In this document: in pieces, positions 31,403-42,998 of the stretch
Layout: the number at the start of each line of letters is the position of its first letter
Numbering within the stretch: the stretch's first letter is position 1
Assembly (NCBI GenBank): GCA_963727485.1
Contig: CAVSGM010000002.1
Coordinates: 1,664,001-1,728,000, forward strand
DNA length: 64,000 nt
DNA from: an uncultured delta proteobacterium
GTDB lineage: Bacteria > Myxococcota > Myxococcia > SLRQ01
Reading direction: 5' to 3'
The notes under the pieces: model-generated
Database searches by the model: none
Told to the model about the DNA's origin: nothing
Seen by the model: the letters and a program-made list of their open reading frames with translations, nothing else
Program-made: the position numbers and the translations under genes

Positions 31403-31931
31403 ATGCCCCGCCCCCCGCGCCAGAGCTTCGTCGCCCTCGACTTCGAGACCGCCGACAACGGTCGCGACTCCGCCTGCGCCGTGGCCCTCGTCCGCGTCGA
31501 CGCCGGCCGCATCACCCGCCGCGCCGTGCGCCTCATCCGCCCCCCGCGCACCCGGTTCCTGTTCACCGGCATCCACGGCATCCGCTGGACCGACGTCGCC
31601 GCCGAGCCCGACTTCGCCGGCGTGTGGCCCGATCTCGCCCCGCTCCTCGAGGGCGCCGGCTTCCTCGCCGCCCACAACGCGCCCTTCGATTCGGAGCGTG
31701 CTGCGCACCTGCTGCGAGCGCGCCGGCCTCGCGCCCCCGGCGCTCCCCTTCGTGTGCACCGTCCAGCTCGCCCGGCGCACCTGGGACTTCCCCAACAACC
31801 GCCTCGACACCGTGGCCCGGTACCTGGACATCCCCCTCGTCCACCACGACCCGGCCTCCGACGCCGAGGCCTGCGCGCGCATCGTCCTCGCCGGCTGGGA
31901 GGCCGGCGCCCTGGGGCCGGCGGCACCTTGA
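31403..31931 (+). CDS. DEDDh 3'-5' exonuclease (Pol III epsilon-like); frameshift ~31690
   Basis: FVALDFETA, AHNAPFD, CTVQLAR, HHDPASDAEAC. Confidence 0.88.
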
Positions 31932-32015
31932 CACGCGGGGGGCCCGGTAGCAGTTGTGACCCAACTCCGCCGGCCCCGCCGGCCCACCCCCATTAGAGAA
32001 GCAAGGAACCTCCTC

Positions 32016-32597
32016 ATGACCCAGACCCCCTCCCGCACCGCGCTGCTCCTCGCGCTCGCCCCCCTGGTCCTCGCCGCCGCCTGCCACAAGGCCCCGGCCA
32101 CCGAGGCCACGGCCGCCAAGGCCGTCGCCAACACCGCGCCCGCCGAGCCCAAGGCCGCCGCCCCCGCCGCCAAGGCCGCCGCCGGGCAGCCCGCCGCCGG
32201 GCAGCCCGCCGCGATGGTGACCACCAAGGCCGAGCTCCCCACCCTCACCCCCGCCGCCCTCGCCGCCGAGCTCAAGGGCGGGCACAAGCCGATGCTCATC
32301 CACGTGGGCTTCGCCAAGCTCTACCAGCAGGCCCACATCCCCGGCTCCATCTACACCGGCGCCGGCATGACCCAGGGGGGCATCGCCAACCTGAAGGCCC
32401 ACATGGCCAAGGTCGCCCACGACACCCCCATCGTCGTCTACTGCGGGTGCTGCCCCTGGAGCCACTGCCCCAACGTGCTGCCAGCGTACCAGGCGCTCCA
32501 GCAGCTCGGCTTCACGAAGGTGAAGGTGCTCTACATCGCCAACAACTTCGGCGCCGACTGGGCCAGCCAGGGCTACCCCGTTGCCTCGGGGAGCTGA
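32016..32597 (+). CDS. Rhodanese-like lipoprotein
   Basis: Lipobox LAAAC; AHIPGS; IVVYCGCCPWSHCPN; WASQGYPV. Confidence 0.85.
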   Translation: MTQTPSRTALLLALAPLVLAAACHKAPATEATAAKAVANTAPAEPKAAAPAAKAAAGQPAAGQPAAMVTTKAELPTLTPAALAAELKGGHKPMLIHVGFAKLYQQAHIPGSIYTGAGMTQGGIANLKAHMAKVAHDTPIVVYCGCCPWSHCPNVLPAYQALQQLGFTKVKVLYIANNFGADWASQGYPVASGS

Positions 32598-33138
32598 CCG
32601 GTCGCGGACGGCCCGGGCCGCCTCTCCGGTCCGGGCCGCGTGGGCCCGCCGCGTCGTCCCCTCGGCGCTCGCGGCGCTCCTCGCCTTCGGCGTCGCCGGC
32701 TGCCACCCCGGCGGCGGCACCTCGGGTGACGCGGCGCCGGCGCTTGAGGTCCACGACCTCGCGGGCAAGCCGATCTCGCTGAAGGCGCTGCGCGGAAGGG
32801 TGGTGCTCCTCGACTTCTGGGCCACCTGGTGCGAGCCCTGCCAGGAGGAGATGCCCCGCCTCGCGGCGCTGCAGAAGCAGGCGGGCCCCAAGGGCCTCCA
32901 GATCGTCGGCCTGTCCCTGGACGACCAGGCGTCGACCGTGCGCGCGTTCCTCGCGGATCACCCGCTGCCCTACCCGGTGGCCATGGCCACCCCGGCCCTC
33001 GCCGAGCGCTACGGCAAGATCCTCGGCCTGCCGACCCTGATCGTCATCGACCGGAAGGGCCACCTGGTGAAGCGCCACGTGGGCACCCTGCCGGCGGCGC
33101 AGCTCAACGCCGAGGTCGACGCGCTCCTGGCCCGGTGA
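32581..33138 (+). CDS. TlpA/ResA-family thiol:disulfide oxidoreductase
   Basis: LLDFWATWCEPCQEEMP, GLPTLIVIDRKG; start uncertain. Confidence 0.9.
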   Translation: MPRGADRSRTARAASPVRAAWARRVVPSALAALLAFGVAGCHPGGGTSGDAAPALEVHDLAGKPISLKALRGRVVLLDFWATWCEPCQEEMPRLAALQKQAGPKGLQIVGLSLDDQASTVRAFLADHPLPYPVAMATPALAERYGKILGLPTLIVIDRKGHLVKRHVGTLPAAQLNAEVDALLAR

Positions 33139-33177
33139 GCCCCGTGGCCGACCGCCGCCAGCTCGTCCGGCGTCGCA

Positions 33178-33249
33178 TCCATTCTGGTACCCGATCATAC
33201 CCATTTCCGCCCGTCGGTTAAAATGGCTATAATTGGGTACCAAAATGGA
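33178..33249. promoter_or_regulatory. 29-bp imperfect inverted repeat covering a TATAAT box (33228-33233) and the fic start codon
   Basis: 33178-33206 versus reverse complement of 33221-33249: 25/29 match; AT-rich in a high-GC background. Confidence 0.7.
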
Positions 33250-34303
33250 CACCCACCCCGATCTCCTGGCCAGGCTGGTCCTCACCCCCGAGATCCTGCG
33301 CCTCGTCGCCGCCGTCGACGAGTTCAAGGGCCGATGGCAGGCCCTGGGTCGGCTGACGCCCGACCGCTTCGGCACGCTCAAGCGCACCGCGACCATGGAG
33401 TCCGTCGGGTCGTCCACCCGGATCGAGGGCGCGAAGCTCACCGACCCCGAGGTGGACGCGCTCCTCCGCGGCCTCGACGTCCGGTCCTTCCGGTCCCGCG
33501 ACGAGGAGGAGGTCGCCGGGTACGCCGAGGCCATGGCGCTGGTCTTCGACCACTTCCCCGCGATGCCCCTCACCGAGAACCACCTGAAGCAGCTCCACGG
33601 CGTCCTCCTGAAGCACGCGCACCAGGACGCGCGACATCGTGGCCACTACAAGACCCACGAGAACCGGGTCGAGGCCTACGACGCCGAGGGCCGGAGCCTC
33701 GGGGTCATCTTCGAGACCGCGAGCCCCTTCGACACCCCGCGCCTCATGACCGAGCTGGTCGACTGGACCCGCGCCGCCCTCGACGACGGCGCCCATCACC
33801 CGCTGCTGGTCATCGCCGTGTTCGTGGTGCGCCTCCTCGCCATCCATCCTTTCGAAGATGGAAACGGCCGGCTCGCCCGCATCCTCACCACCCTGCTCCT
33901 GATGCGCAGCGGCTACGGCTACGTGCCCTACAGCTCGCTGGAGCGGATCATCGAGGACAACAAGGAGGGCTACTACCGGTCGCTGCGCAGCGCCCAACGC
34001 ACCCTCGACACCGGCGAGACGCGCCTCGGCGACTGGGTGGTCTTCCTCCTCGAGTGCCTGGCGCAGCAGACCCGGGTTCTCGAGCAGCGAATTGTCCGGG
34101 AGCGGCGCCTCGAGGAGACCGATCCCCTTGATTCCACCGTCCTCGAGCTGGTGCGGGACCGCAGCCGCCTCACCGTCGCCGACGTCGTGACCCTCACCGG
34201 CGCCAACCGGAACACCGTCAAGGCCCATCTTCGGCGCCTCGTCGCCGCAGGGCATCTCGTGCTCCACGGGCGGGGGCGCGGTGCCTGGTACGGACCCGGC
34301 TGA
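33245..34303 (+). CDS. Fic-domain protein with C-terminal winged HTH
   Basis: SSTRIEG inhibitory-type motif; HPFEDGNGRLAR Fic signature; GANRNTVKAHL..GRGAWY. Confidence 0.93.
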   Translation: MDTHPDLLARLVLTPEILRLVAAVDEFKGRWQALGRLTPDRFGTLKRTATMESVGSSTRIEGAKLTDPEVDALLRGLDVRSFRSRDEEEVAGYAEAMALVFDHFPAMPLTENHLKQLHGVLLKHAHQDARHRGHYKTHENRVEAYDAEGRSLGVIFETASPFDTPRLMTELVDWTRAALDDGAHHPLLVIAVFVVRLLAIHPFEDGNGRLARILTTLLLMRSGYGYVPYSSLERIIEDNKEGYYRSLRSAQRTLDTGETRLGDWVVFLLECLAQQTRVLEQRIVRERRLEETDPLDSTVLELVRDRSRLTVADVVTLTGANRNTVKAHLRRLVAAGHLVLHGRGRGAWYGPG

Positions 34304-34322
34304 CCGGCGAGAGCGGGGCGCG

Positions 34323-34784
34323 CTACGGCGTCGCCCGAGGCGGCTCCGTCGCCGGCCGGGGCGGCGCCGGCACCAGCTCCGAGGTGCAGTGCGGGCACCG
34401 GGTCGCCTGGAGCGGGATCGGGGTGAAGCAGCGCGGGCAGTTCTTGGTCGTCGGCGCCGGCGCCGCCTCCTGGCGCTTGAGCCGGTTGAGCTGCCGGATC
34501 ACCAGGAAGATCGCGAAGGCGACGATCACGAAGTCGATCACCGTGTTGAGGAACACCCCGTAGTTGAGGGTGACCGCCGGCGCGGTGGCGGTGGCCCCAC
34601 GCAGGGTGACCGCCAGCTTCGCGAAGTCGACGTTCCCCAGCGCCAGGCCGATGGGCGGCATCACCACGTCGGCCACCAGCGAGCTGACGATCTTCCCGAA
34701 GGCGGCGCCGATGACGATGCCCACCGCCATGTCCACCACGTTCCCCCGCATCGCGAAGGCCTTGAACTCCTTGAGCATGCCCAT
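34323..34784 (-). CDS. mscL: Large-conductance mechanosensitive channel with C-terminal Zn-ribbon
   Basis: [48 protein letters not shown]. Confidence 0.96.
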   Translation of the reverse strand: MGMLKEFKAFAMRGNVVDMAVGIVIGAAFGKIVSSLVADVVMPPIGLALGNVDFAKLAVTLRGATATAPAVTLNYGVFLNTVIDFVIVAFAIFLVIRQLNRLKRQEAAPAPTTKNCPRCFTPIPLQATRCPHCTSELVPAPPRPATEPPRATP

Positions 34785-34864
34785 GACGTTCCCCCCGTGC
34801 GGCCAATCCCGGCCGGGGCTCGGAGGCCGAGCCGGCCCGAAGCTAGGCATCCGGGCCCCGGTGC

Positions 34865-35623
34865 TCAATCGTCGGGCGCCCAGGGATCGGCGAGCACCTC
34901 GCCGAGCTCGGCGTGCTCGGTCATCAGCCACGAGGCCCAGATCGCCGGGTCGTTGCAGAACCCCGCGGGCCCGAAGCACTCCGCCGCCTCCACCGCGTAG
35001 GCGGCGAGGGTGTCGCGCACCTTGGGCATCAGCCGGCCCCGCCGGTCGAGGAGCCGCTCGGGGAGGTCGTCGGCGAAGCGTGTCCAGAGGTCGTGGGCGG
35101 TCTCGAAGGCGTCCCGGGCGTCGGAGAGCCAGGTGGCGAGCTCGCCCTCGAAGCCGTCGAGGAAGCGCCCGAGGGGCCGGAGCTTGAGCCCCCGCACCGT
35201 GAGCCTCGGGGGCGAGGCGTGGAAGGCCTGGGCCAGGGTTCGCGGGGCGTACTCCCAAGGGAAGAGCGCCTCCGGGGGCGGGGGCTGGGGGCGGTCCCGG
35301 GGCAGGGGCGCGGCCTCCCGGACCGGCGACCCCGGGGGCGGCGGGAGGCGAACCTCGGTCTGTCCCGAGGGGTGGACGAAGAGCACCGGGGGCCCGTCGA
35401 AGACCACCGAGCCCAGGCGCAGCACCTTGGCCCGGGCCGCCAGCCAGCGGAGGGCCTCCGCCAGGGGCACGGGCGGATGGAAGTCCTTGGGGAAGATGAC
35501 GCCGTAGGCGGCCGAGGCGTCGGTCTCGTACCAGGCCTGGGTGGCGAGGCGGCCCTCGAGGTGCTCGGCGCGGGCCGGCGGTGGAGAGAACGGGGCGAAG
35601 GGGTTGTTGGGAGATCTGCGCAT
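34865..35623 (-). CDS. Hypothetical protein
   Basis: 252-aa ORF with host-like codon usage. Confidence 0.6.
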   Translation of the reverse strand: MRRSPNNPFAPFSPPPARAEHLEGRLATQAWYETDASAAYGVIFPKDFHPPVPLAEALRWLAARAKVLRLGSVVFDGPPVLFVHPSGQTEVRLPPPPGSPVREAAPLPRDRPQPPPPEALFPWEYAPRTLAQAFHASPPRLTVRGLKLRPLGRFLDGFEGELATWLSDARDAFETAHDLWTRFADDLPERLLDRRGRLMPKVRDTLAAYAVEAAECFGPAGFCNDPAIWASWLMTEHAELGEVLADPWAPDD

Positions 35624-35700
35624 GCCTTCCTAGCTATGCAGGTCTTCCAGGACACCCCGTATTGGCCGCCACCGGGGCCTGCCCGCCCCCCGCGCTCGCG

Positions 35701-36051
35701 TCAGTTGGGCAGCCCCGCCACCTCGAAGCGGCACCCCCGGGCGCAGAGGCAGAGGATGCGGGCGTGGGGGTCGACCACCGCGGTGACCCGGCCCGAGGCC
35801 CCCGGTCGCCCCGAGGGCGGGGGGTCCTTGCGGTGCATTGCCGCCGGCCAGCGGCTCGTCGCCGGGGCCAGGCCGCGGGCGATGTGGGGGACCGGGTGGG
35901 CCACCTCGCAGATCCGCGTCGACCGCGGGACCGTGAGCCGAAGCGTCACCGGCGTGGCGCGGTCGTTGACCAGGTGCACCCCGTCGACGAAGGGCGGGGG
36001 CGCCGGGAGGCCGGCGACGGCCAGGGCCACGATCAGGAGCCGGGGCATCAT
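35701..36051 (-). CDS. Small secreted hypothetical protein
   Basis: Hydrophobic N-terminus MMPRLLIVALAVAG. Confidence 0.4.
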   Translation of the reverse strand: MMPRLLIVALAVAGLPAPPPFVDGVHLVNDRATPVTLRLTVPRSTRICEVAHPVPHIARGLAPATSRWPAAMHRKDPPPSGRPGASGRVTAVVDPHARILCLCARGCRFEVAGLPN

Positions 36052-36255
36052 CGCCCGGAGACGCTAGCGGCCGGTCCCGCGGCCGGTCAAGGCGCCGCAG
36101 GCCGCGGGTCGAATCGCCTCCGGCGCAGGCACCTACGGAGAGATACGCCGGTAACCTTCTCGTCGGATTCGCGTACGCTCTCCCATCGCCCAGCGTGGTC
36201 TCCCAGGGATCACCTGCGTTCCGCAACTCTGTCCCGGAGCCCCTCTGTGCCGCGC

Positions 36256-37294
36256 GTGAGAATCCGCCGTCCTCCTCGTCCTGTTCACCAGCCTCCCGCT
36301 TCTCGCCGCCTGCGGCAGCCCGGCCCCGGCCAAGCCCTGCACCGTCAAGCAGAACCCCGACGGCTCGGCCACCATCACCTGCCCCGACGGCTCCCACGCC
36401 ACCGTGAAGAGCGGGACCGACGGCTCCTCCTGCTCGGTGACCGACAACGGGGACGGCACCAAGACCATCAGCTGCACCGACGGGACTACCGCCACCGTGT
36501 CCAACGGTACCAACGGCGCCGACGGCAGCTCCTGCTCGGTGACCGACAACGGCGACGGCACCAAGACCGTCGCCTGCCCCGACGGGACCACCGCCACCGT
36601 CGCCGACGGCCAGAACGGCGTCACCGGCCTGAGCCTGGTCCAGGGCCCCAATAGCGTGAGCTGCCCCGCTGGCAGCAAGGTCGCCAGCTTCGGCAGCGTC
36701 GCGGGCAGCGGCAAGATGAAGGTGAGCTTCCTCTTCCAGATCGAGGTCGACAACACCCTCTACAGCTCGGTCGACCAGCCGTCGGGTCCGCCGCCCGCGA
36801 GCGCCCCGGGGGCCCGCAGCCTCTTCGAGGTGATGGCCGGCGGTAGCAACGTCCTCTACGACACCGGCAAGGCCATCTGGACCACCAGCTCGCCGTTCAC
36901 CGCCACCGACGGGAGCTACAAGCTCACCTGGACCGAGGATCCCTCGGCCCCCAACACCGGCGGCGGCAACGTCGGCATGTACGCCTACGCCAGCGCCTCG
37001 GCCACCATCCCCGGCGGGAGCCAGGTCACCGGCACCGGCGGCCGCATCGGCATCATCAACGACAACGGGCCCTTCGACATCTACCAGCTCCAGGTCGACA
37101 CCCAGGTGCCGCTGGGCGACTCGTTGCGCCTCGGCCTCGGGAGCCCGTCGCTGCCTCCGGTGAAGGTGAGCTCGGATCTCACCCAGGTGACCCTGGACAC
37201 CTGGCCGTGCCCCAACCCCGACCCGGCCACCGGCCGCTGTGCCCCGGACTGGGCCACCGTGGACGTCTACGCCATCTGCGCCCAGACCCCATGA
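36256..37294 (+). CDS. Lipoprotein with C(S/T)VxxNxDGxxTIxCxDG repeats; probable frameshift just after the GTG start
   Basis: VLLVLFTSLPLLAAC lipobox in frame with ORF 36404; three Cys-paired repeats. Confidence 0.7.
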
Positions 37295-37389
37295 ACGAAG
37301 CGCCCACCCCCGTCCGGGGTGGGCGCTCCGCCGCCAGCGTCGGGGCGCGGGCCGGTGTGCTGCCGCCGGCCCGCGTCCGCCCGACGCCG

Positions 37390-38568
37390 CTACGGCCCCT
37401 GGTTCGGTCCACCGTTTGGTGCACCGGGCCCCCCCGGACCCCCGGGGCCGCCCCACCGGCCGTGGCCGAACCCGCGGTGACCCTGGCGACCGAAGTGGTG
37501 GCGGGGAAGGGAGACCGCCTTGCCATCCACGGTTGCCTGGCCACAGGTCGGGCCGAAGACCACGGTGTGGGTCTGTCCGTCGCTGAAGCTCGTGGTCACG
37601 GTCCCCGAGACCGGGCACCGGCCCTGGCGGGTCACCTTGTCGAGGGTGACCGTGCCGGTGGTGCCGTCGGGGCGGGTGACGTCGAGCTTGCCGTCGTAGG
37701 TGCGGGTGCCCGGCCGCTGGGTGCGGTCGATGGCAACCGTCGCCGTGCCTGCCACATGGCCACCACGCTGGGTGCCATCCGGCAGGGTGAAGGTGTGGGT
37801 GTCGTCCACGGTGATGGTCTTGGTGAGCTGCTGCGGCCGGAACGGGTGGGTGGAGGTGGTGTGCTTGGTGCCCTTGAAGGCCATGGACCCGCCGCGCTTG
37901 CCGGTGACGGTGATGTCGTAGGTGACCGTGGTGTCATGGGCGATGGGCGTCGTCGCCGAGCAGGTGGCGTCCTGGGCGGTGACCTGGCGGACGATGTCCA
38001 CGGTGCCGCTCGAGGTGCCGCCGCGCATCATCCCCGGGCCGCCGGGAGGCGGGCCCATGCCGCGCCCCTGGCCCATGCCGCCGCCCTGGCCCATGCCGCC
38101 GCGGCGGTGGTGCTTGCCGAAGGCGGGCGCCTGGCAGTCCGACCACTCAAAGTGCATCGTCGCCGGCACCTGCTTCCCGCAGACCTGGGCGTAGGTGATC
38201 TTGGGGTTGGAGTCGCACTTGAGGAGGTGGCGCCCCCCGGGGACCCCCCGGCTGTCGAGGACGTGGAAGATGCCCATGAGGCCGCCGGGCCCGCCGGGTC
38301 CGCCGCGACGGGCCATGGGACCGCGGGCGCCGGGGGCGCCGGGGGCGCCGGTGCCGGGCCCGCCGAGGGCGGCACCGTTCTGGGCGCTTCCGGGACCGAC
38401 GCCCTGGGCGCTCGCCGAGGAGGCGCCGCAGGCGGCGAGGAGGAGGAGGCCGGCCCCGAGGGCGAGGCCAGGGAGGATCACCCGGCCGCGGCGCGACCGG
38501 TCGCGCACCGTCCCGGTGGCGAGGGGCCGCGGGCCGCGAGCGCGGGGCGGGTTCGTGTGGTGGGTCAT
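37390..38568 (-). CDS. Lipoprotein with Gly/Pro/Met-rich segments and a beta-rich domain
   Basis: LLLLAAC lipobox; divergent from the two-component system. Confidence 0.7.
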   Translation of the reverse strand: MTHHTNPPRARGPRPLATGTVRDRSRRGRVILPGLALGAGLLLLAACGASSASAQGVGPGSAQNGAALGGPGTGAPGAPGARGPMARRGGPGGPGGLMGIFHVLDSRGVPGGRHLLKCDSNPKITYAQVCGKQVPATMHFEWSDCQAPAFGKHHRRGGMGQGGGMGQGRGMGPPPGGPGMMRGGTSSGTVDIVRQVTAQDATCSATTPIAHDTTVTYDITVTGKRGGSMAFKGTKHTTSTHPFRPQQLTKTITVDDTHTFTLPDGTQRGGHVAGTATVAIDRTQRPGTRTYDGKLDVTRPDGTTGTVTLDKVTRQGRCPVSGTVTTSFSDGQTHTVVFGPTCGQATVDGKAVSLPRHHFGRQGHRGFGHGRWGGPGGPGGPGAPNGGPNQGP

Positions 38569-38631
38569 CTTCAGGCTCCTTTCGTGGCGACCGGGCTTCG
38601 GCCGCCTCGAGTGTCAGGTTGGATCCCCCGC

Positions 38632-38648
38632 CTTAAGAAGTTCTTACG
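38632..38648. promoter_or_regulatory. Candidate OmpR-family binding site CTTAAG-N5-CTTACG
   Basis: 11-bp-period direct repeat (also a TAAGAA-G-TTCTTA palindrome) in the divergent intergenic region. Confidence 0.5.
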
Positions 38649-38688
38649 GGCAACCGGCCATGCTTCCTGGTACGAGGAGAACGACGCG

Positions 38689-39359
<671 letters not shown>

Positions 39360-39363
<4 letters not shown>

Positions 39364-40992
39364 AGCTCCGCCTCCGCCTCGCGATCACCGTCCTCGGCGT
39401 CGCCCTCCCGGTGATCGTGGCCATCGCCTGGCTCCACCGCCGCGCCGAGGAGACGGCGATGCGCGAGGGCCTCACCCAGCTCGCCGTCGCCGCCATGGAG
39501 AGCGGCCAGCGCGCCCGCTGCGAAGCGAGCCCCGCCACCTGGCACCTCGGCCCCCGGCGTCTCTTCGGCGCCGGCCGCGGCCCCGGCCCCGGCCTCCTCG
39601 GGGGCCTGCCGCCCGGTGGCCCGCCGCCCGGTGGCCCGCCGCCCGGTGGCCCGCCGCCCGGTGGCCCGCCGCCTGGCTCCCGCCGCCCGGGCCGCTTCTT
39701 CGGCCGCCATCCGCGCCCGGCGCGGCCCCGGGTCCCCTTTCGCCCCCGCCTCTTCGCCTACTCCGCGAGCCTCACCTCCGAGAACCCCCGGGCCCCGAAG
39801 CCTGCCCCCGCACTCGTCGCCGCCCTGGCCGCCGGCGAGCCCACCGCCGCCGGCTGGACCCGCATCCGCGGCCACCCGGTCTACGAGGTCCTGGTGCCCA
39901 TGAGCTGGCGCACCGGCCCCTGCGCCGTGATCCTCGCCGCCGCCCCGCGCCCCCGCCGGGCCCGCCCACTCCTCCCGCCGCTGGCGGTGTGGGGCCTGCC
40001 CACCCTGGCCGTCCTCCTCGCCGTCCTCCTCGCCGTGGGGCCGGTGGTCCGCCGCATCCGCCGCCTCACCCACGCGGTCAAGGGCAGCGCCGACGCCGGC
40101 TGGGACGGCACCATCCCCGTCCACGGCCGCGACGAGCTCGGCGAGCTCGCCCGGGCCTTCGAGGCCGCCGGCCGGGAGATCCGCGCCCGGATGGCCACCC
40201 AGGCCAAGCGCGAGCAGACCCTCCGGGACTTCCTCGCCAACACCACCCACGACGTGATGATCCCCCTGACCGTCCTCGAGGGGCACCTCGACGCCCTCTC
40301 AGCCACCGCCGCCTCAACCTCCGACCACCGCCACCGCCACCGCCACCGCCGAGACCATCCAGGCCGCCGCCGCCGAGGCCCAGTACATCGGCGCCCTGCT
40401 CCACAACCTCGCCGCCGCCGCCAAGCTCGAGGCCGGCGCCCCCGCCGTCGCCCGCCTGCCCCTCGACCTCGCCGAGCTCGTCGAGCGCGTCGCCGCCCGC
40501 TACCGCCCGGTGGCCCGGAACGCCGGCGTGGCGTTCGCCCACGCCGTCCCCGGCACCCCCGTCCCCATCGCCGGCGACGTGACCCTGGTGGAGCAGGCGG
40601 TCTCGAACCTCGTCTACAACGCCATCCGCCACAACGCCGCCGGCGGCCACGTCGCCCTCACCCTCGACGTCGAGGCGCCACCCGCCGCGGCCACCTTCGT
40701 CCTCCGGGTGGTCGACGACGGCCCCGGTCTCCCCGCCGGCGCCCGGGACCGCCTCTTCGAGCGCTGGGCCCGGGGCGACGGCGCCCGTACCCGCAATCCC
40801 GAGGGCCAGGGCCTCGGCCTCCACATCGCCTGGCAGGTCTGCCAGCGTCACGGCTTCACCCTCAGCCTCGCCGCCGCCGCCGCCGCCGCCGACGCCGACC
40901 GGGTCACGAACCGCGGCCTCGAGGCGACCGTCCGGGGTCCCCTCTCGCCTCCGGACGAGGGCTCCGGTGCCGATGCTGCAGAGGGTGACTGA
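39360..40992 (+). CDS. HAMP sensor histidine kinase; frameshift ~40315-40350
   Basis: Two TM segments; RDELGELARAF HAMP; TTHDVMIPL H-box; NLVYNAIRH, DDGPG, GQGLGL. Confidence 0.88.
39608..39673 (+). repeat. 15-bp tandem repeat (GCCGCCCGGTGGCCC)x4 encoding PPGGP in the kinase sensor loop
   Basis: Seen directly. Confidence 0.9.
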
Positions 40993-41029
40993 GCCCTGGA
41001 GGTCGACCGGTTGGCCGGAGTCTGGCGCC

Positions 41030-41050
41030 TAATTCAGCAGTGCTGAATTA
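41030..41050. promoter_or_regulatory. Perfect 10-1-10 palindrome TAATTCAGCA-G-TGCTGAATTA, candidate operator
   Basis: AT-rich palindrome upstream of TetR-family gene. Confidence 0.6.
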
Positions 41051-41184
41051 CGCCCGCAAGGGGGTCGCCCCCGGGCGGGTCTGCCCCGGCGGTTCACCGA
41101 GCCGGGGCTGGAGCGTCAGACGCCCGTGCTAGGCAGGACCGCATGTACCAGCGTCGTCGGGCAAGACTACACACGGACCCACGG

Positions 41185-41991
41185 ATGCCCCGCCCGAAGT
41201 CCGTCGAGGCAGGTCCCGGTGGTGTGGCGCCAAGGGAGCAGGCGGGCCGGCGCGGCCGACCCCGGTCCGGCCAGGGCATCCACCGGTCCGAGCTCCTCGA
41301 AGTCGGGATCTTCCTCGCCGACACCGGGGGTCTGGAGTCGGCAACCACCCGTGCCGTGGCCAGGGCCACGGGGGTCGCGGGGAGGACCGTCTACCATCAC
41401 TTCCACGACCGGGAGACCCTGGTCGAGGCCATGGCGGACCGGGTGCTCGGGGAGGCGTTGGTGCCTGCGGCGGTGCTGGCGGCGGCGCTGGCCCGGGGCT
41501 GGCGGGCGGCGGTGAGCTCCGTGGCCCGGCAGACCTGGGAGACGTTGAACGCGCACGCCTGGGTTCTCTGCGGGTACGCGAGTGCCCGGCTCGGGCCCAA
41601 CGGGCTGCGTCACGTCGAGCAGCTCCTCGCCGCCCTGGCGCCGGGTGGGCTCACCGGGCGGGAACGGACGGAGGCGATGCTGCTGGTCGAGGAGTACGTG
41701 CTCGGGCAGGTGCTGCGCTCGGTGGGGGCGAGCCTGGGCGCGTCGGAGCACCACGGGGCCGGGGCGCCGTACCAGGCGTGGCTCCGGCGGCACCTGTCGG
41801 CCTCCACGCACCCCGAGCTGGTGGCGGTGCTCGGGGCGGCGCGGTGCGGTCTGCCGGAGGCGTGGGCGCGGACGTTTCCCGAGGGGCCCGACCACCGGCG
41901 CTTCGAGCGGGGGCTGGCGGTGCTGCTCGACGGGTTGGAAGCGCAGGCGCCCGCACCGGAGCGGGTGCGGGCGCCCGTCAGTCGACCTTGA
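41185..41991 (+). CDS. TetR-family regulator (TetR_C type)
   Basis: TTRAVARATGVAGRTVYHHFHDRETL HTH; FERGLAVLLDG; start uncertain. Confidence 0.85.
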   Translation: MPRPKSVEAGPGGVAPREQAGRRGRPRSGQGIHRSELLEVGIFLADTGGLESATTRAVARATGVAGRTVYHHFHDRETLVEAMADRVLGEALVPAAVLAAALARGWRAAVSSVARQTWETLNAHAWVLCGYASARLGPNGLRHVEQLLAALAPGGLTGRERTEAMLLVEEYVLGQVLRSVGASLGASEHHGAGAPYQAWLRRHLSASTHPELVAVLGAARCGLPEAWARTFPEGPDHRRFERGLAVLLDGLEAQAPAPERVRAPVSRP

Positions 41992-42001
41992 TCCCCAGGT
42001 C

Positions 42002-42331
42002 CTACGCGCGGCCCTCGAGGTGGGCCTCGAGCATCCACAGGTCCTTGTCGGCGCCGCGGACAATCTCGGTGAACAGGTCCGAGGTCGCGGCGACGCCGCC
42101 GAGCTGCACCGCCCGCTCGGCGAGGCCGTCGGCCCAGTCGCCGGCGTGGTCGTAGACCTCGTCGAAGAGGCCGTGGAGGGAGAAGAAGCCGGGGCCCTTC
42201 ACGTTCCAGTGGGCCTGCTTGGCGAGCAGGGTCAGGTGCACCGCCGAGGCCAGGTGGCCGCCGATGAGCTCCACCATGCTGGAGCGGATGGCGTCGGGCA
42301 GATCGTTCTTGGTCGGATGGCTCTTCATCAT
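42002..42331 (-). pseudogene. dps: Dps ferritin-like protein with in-frame internal deletion
   Basis: KQAHWNVKGPGFFSLHGLFDE, DGLAERAVQLGG joined directly to DLFTEI..DKDLWMLEAHL; only ~109 aa. Confidence 0.8.
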
Positions 42332-42865
42332 GCACCTCCCAGGGTGTCCTCCCCGCGATGCCACTCGCAGGGGGTCAGGTCTCCGGACTGGAAGCCGTCA
42401 AGGATCGCTTAGGGTCTCCTCGACGCTCCGGCCCACATCCAGATCGTTCACGGACACGTGGCGGATGATCCCCTCGGGATCGACCAGGAAGGTCGCCCGG
42501 AGGGCCACCCCGTCGGGGTGGAGGATCCCCAGGGCCTGCGTCAGCTCGCGCCGGGTGTCGGCGAGCATGGGGAAGGGCAGGTCCTTGAGGTCGGGGTGCC
42601 GCTCGCGCCAGGCGAGGTGCACGTAGTGGGTGTCGATGCTGGCGCCGAGGACCTCGCAGCCGCGCTCCCGGAACTCGGCGTAGCGCCGGCCGAAGGCGGC
42701 GATCTCGGTGGGGCAGACGAAGGTGAAGTCCATGGGCCAGAAGAACACCACCTGCCACTTGCCCGGGTGGCTCTCGCGGGTGATCTCGGCGAACTCCGCG
42801 CCGGGCTCGGTGCTCACCGTGGCGGTGAGGGTGAAGTCGGGGAATCGGTCTCCAACGGTCAACAT
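42328..42865 (-). CDS. ahpC: Peroxiredoxin AhpC; frameshift ~42405
   Basis: FWPMDFTFVCPTEI; shifted frame continues ILDGFQSGDLTPCEW and ends overlapping the dps start (ATGA). Confidence 0.9.
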
Positions 42866-42998
42866 CTCGTAGCTCCTTGTCGCTGGGGTTTGGGTTTCAG
42901 GTGTGGATGACTTCCATAATTGGACATCGTCTAAACCATGGGGTGCACTCGACGACCCTGGGGCCCGCGCGGCCCCTGCCGGTCGCCCGGTCAGGTCC

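Noticed and set aside
42398..42865. AhpC truncated before the resolving Cys
   Set aside because: The missing C-terminus (..GDLTPCEW..) is present in the adjacent frame
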